Positions 37,534-46,265 of a DNA stretch of 64,000 bases are shown here, one piece after another. Origin of the DNA: an uncultured Pseudomonadota bacterium (GTDB taxonomy: Bacteria > Myxococcota_A > Polyangia > Fen-1088). The notes beneath the pieces were generated by a model. The model was not told the DNA's origin, did no database searches, and saw only the letters and a program-made list of their open reading frames with translations. Position numbers and translations under genes: made by a program. The stretch lies in the NCBI GenBank assembly GCA_963847705.1, contig CAWKBC010000029.1, positions 288,001-352,000 on the forward strand. Direction: 5' to 3'. Numbering within the stretch: the stretch's first letter is position 1; every line of letters starts with the position of its first letter.

Positions 37534-38466
37534 ATGCCGGCTTACGCGGTCAACAGCATGCTCGATCTCATCGGCGGGACGCCGCTGGTGAGATTGCGCC
37601 ACCTCGTCGAGCCCGGGATGGCCGACGTCTTCTGCAAGTGCGAGCAGTTCAACCCGGGCGGCTCGCTCAAGGACCGGGTGGCGCTCTCGATGATCGAGGC
37701 GGCGGAGCGCGACGGGAAGATCACGCCGGGCGAGTCGGTGATCATCGAGCCGACCTCGGGCAACACCGGCGTCGGGCTGGCGCTGGTCTCGGCGGCCAAG
37801 CGCTATCGCCTCATCCTCACCATGCCCGACAACATGTCGCTCGAGCGGCGCGCGCTCCTCAAGGCGTACGGCGCGGAGCTGCACCTGACACCGGCCGCGG
37901 CCGTCATGCGCGGCGCCGTCGAGCGCGCGCAAGAGCTTGCCGCCGACAACCCGCACGCCTTCATGCCGCAGCAGTTCAACAACCCGGCCAACGTCGCCGC
38001 CCACCAGCGGACCACCGGCCCGGAGATCGTCGCCCAGCTGGGGAACCGCAGCCCGGATGCCTTCGTGCACGGCGTGGGGACCGGCGGGACGATCACCGGC
38101 GTCGGGCGCATCCTGCGCGAGCTGCGCCCCGACGTCCGCATCGTGGCGGTCGAGCCGGAGAAGAGCGCCGTGCTGTCCGGGGGCCCGCCGGGCGAGCACC
38201 GGATCGACGGCATCGGCGCCGGGTTCGTGCCGGCCATCCTCGATCGCTCGGTGCTCTCGGAGGTGCGGACCATCTCCGAGCGGGACGCGCAACGGACCAA
38301 GCTGGCGCTGGCGCGGCGCGAGGGGCTGCTGGTCGGGATCTCGGCGGGCGCCTCGGTGAAGATCGCGCTCGACGTCGCGCGCGAGCTCGGCCCGGGCAAG
38401 ACGGTCGTCACCATCCTCTGCGACACCGGCGAGAGATACTTCTCGTCGGACGCTTATTTCGAATGA
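37534..38466 (+). CDS. cysK: Cysteine synthase A
   Basis: NPGGSLKDR, EPTSGNTG, QQFNNPAN, GVGTGGT and GIGAGF. Confidence 0.93.
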   Translation: MPAYAVNSMLDLIGGTPLVRLRHLVEPGMADVFCKCEQFNPGGSLKDRVALSMIEAAERDGKITPGESVIIEPTSGNTGVGLALVSAAKRYRLILTMPDNMSLERRALLKAYGAELHLTPAAAVMRGAVERAQELAADNPHAFMPQQFNNPANVAAHQRTTGPEIVAQLGNRSPDAFVHGVGTGGTITGVGRILRELRPDVRIVAVEPEKSAVLSGGPPGEHRIDGIGAGFVPAILDRSVLSEVRTISERDAQRTKLALARREGLLVGISAGASVKIALDVARELGPGKTVVTILCDTGERYFSSDAYFE

Positions 38467-39233
38467 GCGGGCCGTCAGCCGGGAGCGTGCTGATTCTGGG
38501 CGCCGGCGGCCTCGGCTGCCCGGCCGCGCTGGCGCTCGCCGCGGCCGGCGTCCTCCGGCTCGGCATCGTCGACGATGACCGCGTCGACGCCAGCAACTTG
38601 CACCGGCAGGTCCTGTTCGCTGACGCCGACGTCGGCGAGCTGAAGGTGACCGCCTTCGCGCGCGCCCTCGCCCGCCGGTACCCCGCCCTGCGCGTCGAGC
38701 CGCACCCGGTCCGCTTCGACGTGACCACGGCTGAGGCGCTGGTCGCGGCGTACGACGTCGTCGTCGACGGGACCGACAACTTCGCGGCCAAGTTCCTGGC
38801 CAACGACGCGGCCGTGCTGGCAGGAAAACCGCTGGTGCACGGCGCGGCGGTCGCGCTGGGCGGCCAGATGGTGACTGTCCCGGGCGCAAAGACGGCGGCG
38901 GGCTCTGCCCGACGCCTGGGCGGCCGCCCCTGCTACCGCTGCCTGTTCGAGGAGCCGCCGCCCGCGGGCGTCGGCCCCTCCTGCGCCGAGGCCGGCGTCC
39001 TGGGGCCGGTGCCCGGCGTCATCGGGGCCCTTCTGGGGGTGGAAGCCGCCCGGCTGGCCAAAGGCGAAACTCCCGCTTTCGTCGGGCGCCTGGTCCAGTA
39101 TGATTCCCGTTCCATGTCGGTCCGGGCCGTCCGCTTCAACCCCAACCCGCAGTGCGCCGTCTGCGCCCCCGGAGCGCGGATCCACGCGCTCGCCGCAGCC
39201 GACTACCCTGCTGCTGAGTGTTCACCGCAATGA
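38463..39233 (+). CDS. ThiF/MoeB-family adenylyltransferase (E1a), N-terminally truncated
   Basis: GAGGLG, DDDRVDASNLHRQ, DGTDN, CYRC, SCAEAGV and CAVC. ATGA-coupled to cysK. Confidence 0.92.
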   Translation: MSGPSAGSVLILGAGGLGCPAALALAAAGVLRLGIVDDDRVDASNLHRQVLFADADVGELKVTAFARALARRYPALRVEPHPVRFDVTTAEALVAAYDVVVDGTDNFAAKFLANDAAVLAGKPLVHGAAVALGGQMVTVPGAKTAAGSARRLGGRPCYRCLFEEPPPAGVGPSCAEAGVLGPVPGVIGALLGVEAARLAKGETPAFVGRLVQYDSRSMSVRAVRFNPNPQCAVCAPGARIHALAAADYPAAECSPQ

Positions 39234-40510
39234 CCACCGCCTCAGCCCCCATGAACAAAACCATTCCCTCCTACGTCGAAGGCCTTCGCTGCCGCGAGTG
39301 CGGCTCTGCTTATGACAAGGCGCCCGTTCACGTCTGCGAGATGTGCTTCGGACCGCTGGAGGTGGCCTACGACTACGCGCGCATCGGCAAGGTGCTGACC
39401 CGCGCGGCGATCGAGGCGCGCCCGCACTCGATGTGGCGCTACGCCGAGCTGCTGCCGCTCGACGGGCCGCCGGCCGTCGGCCAGCAGACCGGGATGACGC
39501 CGCTCGTGCGCGCCGAGCGCCTGGCCAAGCGGCTCGGCCTCAAGGAGGTCTGGGTCAAGAACGACGCCGTCAGCTACCCGACGCTGTCGTTCAAGGACCG
39601 GGTGGTTTCAGTCGCCGTGTCGAAGGCGCTGGAGTTCGGCATCGGCACCATCGCCTGCGCGTCGACCGGCAACCTGGCCAACGCCACCGCCGCCCAGGCC
39701 GCCGCCGCGGGCCTGCCCGCCGTCGTCCTGGTCCCCTTCGACCTCGAGCCGGCCAAGATCCTGGGCACCAGCATCTACGGCGCGCGCGTGGTCGGCGTCA
39801 AAGGGACCTACGACGACGTCAACCGTCTGTGCTCGGAGATCGCCGGCAAGTACGGCTGGGGGTTCGTCAACGTCAACCTCCGCCCGTTCTACGCCGAGGG
39901 GTCGAAGAGCTACGCCTACGAGATCGCCGAGCAGCTCGGCTGGCGGCTGCCGGCGCACGTGGTCGTCCCGATGGCGGGCGGCTCGCTGGTCACCAAGGTC
40001 GGCAAGGCCTTCGGCGAATTCGAGAAGCTGGGCCTGGTCCCGGCGCCCGCGCGCAAGACGCGCATCCACGGCGCCCAGGCCGAAGGGTGCGCGCCGATCA
40101 TCGACATGGTGCTGGAGAACCGCGATCATGTCCGGCCGGTGAAGACGCCGACCAGCATCGCCAAGTCGCTGGCCATCGGCAACCCGGCCGACGGCTTCTA
40201 CGCGCGCCAGACGATCATCGGCTCGGGCGGCTGGGCGGCCAAGCCGAACGACGACGAGATCCTCGCCGCCATGCGGCTGCTCGCCGAGACCGAGGGGATC
40301 TTCACCGAGACCGCCGGCGGCGTGACGCTGGGCGCGGCGCTGAAGCTGATCGCCGGCGGCCAGATCGGCAAGGACGACGGCCCGGTGGTCCTCTGTATCA
40401 CCGGCAACGGGATGAAGACGCAGGATCCGCTGGTCGGCAAGCTGCCCACGCCGGCGCTCATCGGCCCGCGATTGAACGACTTCGACGATCTGCAAGCGAC
40501 CTGGACCTAA
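39230..40510 (+). CDS. Threonine-synthase-like PLP enzyme (possible O-phosphohomoserine sulfhydrylase)
   Basis: N-terminal CREC/CEMC, PTLSFKDR, ASTGN and ITGNGMK. Confidence 0.88.
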   Translation: MTTASAPMNKTIPSYVEGLRCRECGSAYDKAPVHVCEMCFGPLEVAYDYARIGKVLTRAAIEARPHSMWRYAELLPLDGPPAVGQQTGMTPLVRAERLAKRLGLKEVWVKNDAVSYPTLSFKDRVVSVAVSKALEFGIGTIACASTGNLANATAAQAAAAGLPAVVLVPFDLEPAKILGTSIYGARVVGVKGTYDDVNRLCSEIAGKYGWGFVNVNLRPFYAEGSKSYAYEIAEQLGWRLPAHVVVPMAGGSLVTKVGKAFGEFEKLGLVPAPARKTRIHGAQAEGCAPIIDMVLENRDHVRPVKTPTSIAKSLAIGNPADGFYARQTIIGSGGWAAKPNDDEILAAMRLLAETEGIFTETAGGVTLGAALKLIAGGQIGKDDGPVVLCITGNGMKTQDPLVGKLPTPALIGPRLNDFDDLQATWT

Positions 40511-40523
40511 GGAGACGACAGCT

Positions 40524-40796
40524 ATGGCCACCATTCGTATACCGACGCCGCTTCGCAAGCTGACGCAGGGCAAAGAGGAGGTGACGGCGACCGGCAGCAC
40601 GATCGGCGCCGTGATCACCAGCCTCGAGACCCAGTACCCGGGGATCAAGGAGCGGATCTGCGACGAGAGCGGCCAGGTCCGGCGCTTCGTGAACATCTTC
40701 GCCAACGACGAGGACATCCGCTTCCTCAAGAATCTCGAGACGACCGTGAAGGACAGCGACGAGATCTCGATCGTTCCGGCGATCGCCGGCGGATGA
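40524..40796 (+). CDS. MoaD/ThiS/CysO-like ubiquitin-fold sulfur carrier
   Basis: RIPTPLR, RFVNIFANDEDIRF and C-terminal PAIAGG. AAGGAG RBS. Confidence 0.95.
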   Translation: MATIRIPTPLRKLTQGKEEVTATGSTIGAVITSLETQYPGIKERICDESGQVRRFVNIFANDEDIRFLKNLETTVKDSDEISIVPAIAGG

Positions 40797-41374
40797 ACGT
40801 CGCAGAGGTCCAACGCTTCGCCCGGCAGATCGCGCTCCCCGAGATCGGCCCGGATGGACAGCGGCGCATCGGCGCCGCGCGGGTGCTGGTGACCGGCGGC
40901 GGCCTCGTGGCCGAGACCGCGGCGTCGTATCTGACGGCCGCCGGGATCGGCCAGGTGGTCGCACGCGCGGTTCCGCCAGCCGACGGCAACGCCTGGCTGG
41001 AGGCGCTGGCGGGGATCGACCTGGTGGTGCGCGCCGGCTTCGACGACGACGCGATGCTGGGTGCCGCCAAACGCCTCGGCCTCCCGGTGATCGTGGCGCG
41101 CGCGATGCCCGCGCAGATCGACGTCATCTCGTTCCCGCGGCGCGCCCCGGCGCCCGAGGCGTCGCTGGAGGTCCCGCCGCAGGCCGCCACCTCGTCGGCC
41201 CCGGGCGCAGCCGACGTCGTCGCCGGAACGCTGGCCGCCGCCGAGGCGCTGGTCCGGCTGGCGCACGTCGACGGCCCTGTCGACCAAGGCCATCTGGACG
41301 GGCGGCGCATCCGCCACCTGCGCCTGCCGCTCGATGGGGGCGCCCCGCTGGCGCAGGAGCTCGGCGCCTCGTGA
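40793..41374 (+). CDS. Degenerate ThiF/MoeB-family protein (E1b)
   Basis: RFARQIALPEIGPDGQRRIGAARVLVTG...YLTAAGIG. Lacks DxDxVxxSNLxRQ and both CxxC motifs. Confidence 0.8.
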   Translation: MNVAEVQRFARQIALPEIGPDGQRRIGAARVLVTGGGLVAETAASYLTAAGIGQVVARAVPPADGNAWLEALAGIDLVVRAGFDDDAMLGAAKRLGLPVIVARAMPAQIDVISFPRRAPAPEASLEVPPQAATSSAPGAADVVAGTLAAAEALVRLAHVDGPVDQGHLDGRRIRHLRLPLDGGAPLAQELGAS

Positions 41375-42354
41375 ACGAGCCGATGGACGCCATCCGCCGC
41401 GCCCGGCTGCGGGTCGCCGAGCGGGTCACCGATCTCATCGGCGACACGCCGATCGTGCGGCTGCAGAAATTCGAACGCGACACGCCCGGCGTCGAGCTGT
41501 GGGCCAAGTGCGAGTTCCTCAACCCGGGCGGTTCGGTCAAGGATCGCGCCGCCTACCAGATGATCCGCGACGCCATCCGCACCGGCGCGCTCAAGCCCGG
41601 CCAGACGATCATCGATTCGACCAGCGGCAACACCGGCGTCGCCTACTCGCTGATCGGCGGCGCGCTCGGCTACCCGGTCACGCTGGTGATGCCGGGGAAC
41701 GTCTCCTGGGCGCGGCGCAAGATCAGCGAAGCGTTCGGCACCAAGCTGGTCTTCTCCGATCCGATGGAGGGCTCCGACGGCGCGATCCTGCTCTGTCGCA
41801 AGATGGTCGAAGAGAACCCCGGCCTCTACTTCTATCCTGACCAGTACTCCAACCTGTCGAACCCGCTCGGCCACTACAACACGACCGGGCGCGAGATCTG
41901 GGAGCAGACCGAAGGGCGGGTCACCCACTTCGTGACCGGCATCGGCACCACCGGCACGGTGATGGGGACGGGGCGGCGGCTGAAGGAGTATCGCCGTGAC
42001 ATCGAGGTCTACGCCGTCGAGCCGGCGGACGCGCTGCACGGCCTCGAGGGGCTCAAGCACATGGAGAGCTCGATCATCCCGGGCATCTATCACCCCGATG
42101 AGCTCGACGGCGTGCTGGCGATGGAGACCGACGAGGCGTGGGACGTGTCCGATCGGCTGGCCAAGGAAGAGGGGCTCCTGGTCGGCCACTCGTCGGGGGC
42201 GTCGCTGGCGGGCGGGCTGCGCATCGCCAAGAAGCTGGTGGCCGCCGGCAAACCGGGCGTCATCGTCACGCTGTTCCCCGATCGCGCCGAGCGCTACTTC
42301 GAGGCGCCGATCCCGCCCCCCAAGCCAACGATGACCGAGAAGTCATCGGCATGA
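41371..42354 (+). CDS. cysM: CysM-like PLP-dependent cysteine synthase
   Basis: NPGGSVKDR, STSGNTG, DQYSN, GTTGT and GLEGLKHM. Confidence 0.85.
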   Translation: MNEPMDAIRRARLRVAERVTDLIGDTPIVRLQKFERDTPGVELWAKCEFLNPGGSVKDRAAYQMIRDAIRTGALKPGQTIIDSTSGNTGVAYSLIGGALGYPVTLVMPGNVSWARRKISEAFGTKLVFSDPMEGSDGAILLCRKMVEENPGLYFYPDQYSNLSNPLGHYNTTGREIWEQTEGRVTHFVTGIGTTGTVMGTGRRLKEYRRDIEVYAVEPADALHGLEGLKHMESSIIPGIYHPDELDGVLAMETDEAWDVSDRLAKEEGLLVGHSSGASLAGGLRIAKKLVAAGKPGVIVTLFPDRAERYFEAPIPPPKPTMTEKSSA

Positions 42355-42842
42355 GCGCGCCCGAGATGCCGCCGCCCCACCCCACCGTCTCCGTCGAGGC
42401 GCTGGCGGAGATGTACGCGCACGCGCGGCGCGACTACCCCAACGAATGCTGCGGCATCGTGTTCGGCCCCAAGGGAGCGCCGGGCGCCGACCGCGCCGTC
42501 GCCTGCGTCAACACGCAGAACGACCTGCACGCGCAGGATCCGGCGACCCACACGCGCGACGCCCGCACCGCCTACAACCTCGGCGCGGGCGATCTGTTCA
42601 AGCTCGGCAAGAGCCTGCGCGGCGACGCGCCGGCCAAGATCATCTACCACTCGCACGTCGACGTCGGCGCCTACTTCAGCGATACCGACCAGGCCGCCGC
42701 GGTGATGGACGGCGAGCCCTCCTACCCCGTCGAGTACATCGTCATCGACGTCCGGAAGGACAGCGTCGGCGGCGCCGCGCAATTCGCCTGGGATCCCGAC
42801 CGTCGCCGCTACGTCGAAGTCGGCCGCTACCCCGCGGGCTGA
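42351..42842 (+). CDS. JAB/MPN (Mec-like, M67) metallopeptidase
   Basis: YPNECCG and the JAMM motif YHSHVDVGAYFSDTD. Confidence 0.92.
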   Translation: MSAPEMPPPHPTVSVEALAEMYAHARRDYPNECCGIVFGPKGAPGADRAVACVNTQNDLHAQDPATHTRDARTAYNLGAGDLFKLGKSLRGDAPAKIIYHSHVDVGAYFSDTDQAAAVMDGEPSYPVEYIVIDVRKDSVGGAAQFAWDPDRRRYVEVGRYPAG

Positions 42843-42913
42843 CCGCGGCCGCCGTTGACCGGGCCCGGAGGCGCGCCTGCCCCGACGCGGCAACCGCTCG
42901 GCGGCCCGCGCGG

Positions 42914-42942
42914 TTGACAGGCCCGGAACCGGCGCCGAGACT
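42914..42942 (+). promoter_or_regulatory. Candidate sigma70 promoter of the GH16 gene
   Basis: TTGACA-N17-GAGACT, with a GAGGAGG RBS downstream. Confidence 0.6.
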
Positions 42943-42969
42943 GCCTGTTTCCCCCCGAGGAGGCTGTTG

Positions 42970-44160
42970 ATGCGTGTCCCCCGCGCGCTCGTCTCGTTGT
43001 TGATCGCCGCGCCCTTGGCCTGTTTTTACGGCTGCGGCGGCTCGACTGATGGCTCTGGCCAAGGTGGCAGCTCGGCGACCGGCGGCAGCCCCGCGACCGG
43101 CGGCAGCCCCGCGACCGGCGGCTCACCCGCGACCGGCGGCTCACCCGGCAGCGGCGGCGCCGGCGCGACCGGCGGCAGCGCTGGCCACGGCGCGACCGGC
43201 GGCAACTCCGCGGGCGGCGCTGGCGGACATGCGGGCGGCAACGGCGGAACCGCGGCCGGCAGCGGCGGCGCCGGCGGGCGCTTCACGGGCGGCGCCGGCG
43301 GAGCCGCCACCGGAAACGGCGGTGCCGCGGGACACGCCACCGGCGGAAGCACGGGCGGCGGCGGCAGCGCGCCCGACGGCGGTGCCCCGCCGCAGACGAT
43401 CACGACGGCCGGCGGCACCTGGAACCTGGCCTGGTCGGACGAGTTCAACGGCAGCGGCGCCCCCGATCCCTCGAACTGGGGGTACGAAAAAGGCTTCGTC
43501 CGCAATCAAGAGCTGCAGTGGTACCAGCCCGACAACGCGACGGTGGCCAACGGCCTGCTGACCATCGCCGCGCAGAAGGTCCACATCCTGAACCCGAACT
43601 ACGTGGCCGGCAGCAGCGACTGGAAGACCAACCGCCAGTACTACGACTACACCTCGACCTCCATGACCACGTCGGGCAAGCACGACTGGCAGTACGGCCG
43701 GTTCGAGATGCGCGCCAAGATCGACATCCGCCAGGGGAGCTGGCCGGCCTTCTGGATCCTGGGCAGCGGCACCTCCTGGCCGGCGTCGGGCGAGGTCGAC
43801 ATCATGGAGTACTACGCCAACAAGGTGCTGGCCAACGTCTGCACGCCCGCCGGCAGCAACTGCACCTGGGACAGCACCAACCAGTCGCCCGCCTCGCTGG
43901 GGAGCAGCTGGGGCGACGACTTCCACGTCTGGGCGATGGAGTGGGACGCCACCACCATCAACCTCTATCTCGACGACAAGCTGGTGAACACCTACGCCGT
44001 CTCCACCGCCGGCACCGGGACCGGCAACCCCTACGACAACAAGAAGTTCTACATCCTGGTCAACCTGGCCATCGGCGCCAACGGCGGCGATCCCAGCGGC
44101 ACGACGTTCCCGATCACCTACGAGGTCGACTACGTCCGCGTGTACCAAAAGGCCAGCTGA
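42970..44160 (+). CDS. GH16 glycoside hydrolase lipoprotein with Gly-rich linker
   Basis: WSDEF, YGRFE, WPAFW, EVDIME and VDYVRVYQ. Signal region ends in Cys. Confidence 0.92.
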   Translation: MRVPRALVSLLIAAPLACFYGCGGSTDGSGQGGSSATGGSPATGGSPATGGSPATGGSPGSGGAGATGGSAGHGATGGNSAGGAGGHAGGNGGTAAGSGGAGGRFTGGAGGAATGNGGAAGHATGGSTGGGGSAPDGGAPPQTITTAGGTWNLAWSDEFNGSGAPDPSNWGYEKGFVRNQELQWYQPDNATVANGLLTIAAQKVHILNPNYVAGSSDWKTNRQYYDYTSTSMTTSGKHDWQYGRFEMRAKIDIRQGSWPAFWILGSGTSWPASGEVDIMEYYANKVLANVCTPAGSNCTWDSTNQSPASLGSSWGDDFHVWAMEWDATTINLYLDDKLVNTYAVSTAGTGTGNPYDNKKFYILVNLAIGANGGDPSGTTFPITYEVDYVRVYQKAS

Positions 44161-44237
44161 CGGGTGCGATTGACCCCCGGCGGGCCGCCGCCCTTCTGGC
44201 GGAGCGGCCGGCGCGCGACTCGGCTAGAGTATCCCGC

Positions 44238-45254
44238 GTGACTGCCCCCCTCTTTCTGCGTGCCTGTCGCGGCGAAATCACGGAGCGCGCGCCGCTCTGG
44301 CTGATGCGCCAGGCGGGGCGCTATCTGCCCGAGTACCGGCAGGTGCGCTCCGGCGTCAGCTTCCTCGAGCTCTGCAAGACACCCAAGCTGGCGGCGGAGG
44401 TGACGCTGCAGCCGATCCGGCGGTTCGGTTTCGACGCCGCGATTCTCTTCTCCGATCTGCTGGTGCCGCTGGAGGCGATGGGGCTGGCGGTCGAGTTCAC
44501 CGACGAGGGGCCGCGGCTCCCCGCGCCCGTGCGCACCTCTGCCGATCTCGGGCGGATCTCGCGCTTTGATCCGGCGGCCCGCACCCCGTTCGTCATGGAG
44601 ACGATCGAGGCGGTCACGGCGGCGCTCGGTCCGGAGACGCCGGTGATCGGGTTCGCGGGCGCGCCCTTCACGGTCGCGACCTACGCGGTCGAGGGGAAGA
44701 CCTCGAAGACCTTCTCGGAGACGAAGCGCCTCTTCTATCAGCGCCCCGACGACGCGCACCGGCTGCTGGCGCTGCTCGGCGAGGCGACGCGCGACTATCT
44801 GCTGGCCCAGATCCAGGCCGGCGCTGCCGCGGTGCAGCTGTTCGATTCGTGGGTCGGCGTGCTTTCGGCGGAGGACTTCGAGACGTTCGCCTTGCCGCCG
44901 ACGCTGGCGCTGGTCTCCGCGCTGCGCGCCACCCGTGTGCCGGTGATCTATTTCGCCAACGGCGCGGCGTCGATCCTCGATCGCGTGGCGCGCGTCGGCG
45001 CCGACGTCTACGGCCTCGACTGGCGGCTGCCGGTTGATGAAGGGCGCGCGCGGCTGGGCGGCGCGCGCGCGGTGCAAGGGAACCTCGATCCGGCGGTGTT
45101 GCTGGGCCCGCCGGCGGAGATCGAGCGGCGCGCGCGCGACATCGTCCGGCGCGGCGGCAAGCGCGGCCACATCTTCAACCTGGGACACGGGATCACCCCC
45201 GACGTGCCGATCGAATCGGTGACCGCGCTGGTGGCCGCCGTCCGGAGCGCCTGA
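44238..45254 (+). CDS. hemE: Uroporphyrinogen decarboxylase
   Basis: WLMRQAGRYLPEY, AAILFSD, QGNLDP and HIFNLGHG. Confidence 0.96.
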   Translation: MTAPLFLRACRGEITERAPLWLMRQAGRYLPEYRQVRSGVSFLELCKTPKLAAEVTLQPIRRFGFDAAILFSDLLVPLEAMGLAVEFTDEGPRLPAPVRTSADLGRISRFDPAARTPFVMETIEAVTAALGPETPVIGFAGAPFTVATYAVEGKTSKTFSETKRLFYQRPDDAHRLLALLGEATRDYLLAQIQAGAAAVQLFDSWVGVLSAEDFETFALPPTLALVSALRATRVPVIYFANGAASILDRVARVGADVYGLDWRLPVDEGRARLGGARAVQGNLDPAVLLGPPAEIERRARDIVRRGGKRGHIFNLGHGITPDVPIESVTALVAAVRSA

Positions 45255-46264
45255 TGTCCGTCCCGGCCGCGGCGAAATCCGCACCCGGCGAGATCGGCAT
45301 CATCGCCCTCAACCTGGGCGGTCCCGACTCGCTGGACGACGTAAGGCCGTTCCTCAAAAACTTGTTCAACGATCCGGAGGTCCTCCAGATCAGGTGGAGT
45401 CCGCTGCGAAAATTCGTGGCCTGGTCGATCGCCCGCTCCCGCGCGCCGTTCTCGCGCGCAGCCTACGCGCAGATCGGCGGACGCTCGCCGATCCTGGCGG
45501 AGACGACCGCCCAGGCGCGGGCCGTGACCGATGCGTTGACGGCGCGCGGGATTGCCACCGTCTCGGTCGTGGCGATGGCCGCCTGGCACCCGCAGGCAGA
45601 CGAGGCGCTGGCGACCCTGGCGGCGCGCGGCGTCCGGCGGGCGATCGCGCTGCCGCTCTACCCGCAGGAGTCGCGCACCACGACCGACTCCTCGCTCAAC
45701 CAGATCGAGGCCGCACGGGCGCGCCAGCCGGGGATGGAGATCGCCGCGATCCGGCGCTACCCCGACGCCGAAGGCTACCTGAGCGCGGTCGTGGCGCGGA
45801 TCGAGGAGGCGATCGCCACCCTGCCGCCCGAGCACGCGGCGGCCGCGCCGGTGCTGTTCTCGGCGCACGGGCTGCCCGAAGACTACATCCGCAAGGGCGA
45901 CCCCTACCTCGACGACATCCGGATCACGGTGGAGGCGGTCGCGCGGCGGATGAACCTCGGCGCGCGCGCCCGCCTCTGCTTCCAGAGCAAGGTCGGACGC
46001 AAGCGCTGGCTCGGCCCCTCCACCGAGACGCTGCTCGACCAGCTGGCCGCCGCGGGCGAGCGCGCCGTCGTCGTGGTCCCGATCGCCTTCACCGGCGAGC
46101 ACATCGAGACCCTGCAGGAGATCGACATCCTCTTCCGCCAGCGGGCCGAGAAAGCCGGGATCGTTCACTTCGCCCGCGCCCGCACCGTCGGCACGCACCC
46201 CGCGTTCATCACCGCGCTGGCCGACCTGGCCGAGGCCGCCGCCCGCGGACGCGGTTGGATCTAG
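45254..46264 (+). CDS. hemH: Ferrochelatase
   Basis: NLGGP, PLYPQ, FSAHGLP, FQSKVG...WLGPST and EHIETLQEID. Confidence 0.95.
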   Translation: MSVPAAAKSAPGEIGIIALNLGGPDSLDDVRPFLKNLFNDPEVLQIRWSPLRKFVAWSIARSRAPFSRAAYAQIGGRSPILAETTAQARAVTDALTARGIATVSVVAMAAWHPQADEALATLAARGVRRAIALPLYPQESRTTTDSSLNQIEAARARQPGMEIAAIRRYPDAEGYLSAVVARIEEAIATLPPEHAAAAPVLFSAHGLPEDYIRKGDPYLDDIRITVEAVARRMNLGARARLCFQSKVGRKRWLGPSTETLLDQLAAAGERAVVVVPIAFTGEHIETLQEIDILFRQRAEKAGIVHFARARTVGTHPAFITALADLAEAAARGRGWI

Positions 46265-46265
46265 C

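Noticed and set aside
37534-42842. Interpretation as an antiphage ubiquitination system (E1, Ubl, JAB)
   Set aside because: There is no E2, the Ubl is MoaD/CysO-like, and the neighbours are PLP sulfur enzymes with host-like codon usage, which points to metabolism.
43070-43150. 18-bp repeats in the GH16 linker, and 27-bp repeats at about 54480-54590
   Set aside because: Ordinary coding low-complexity Gly-rich linkers of lipoproteins.
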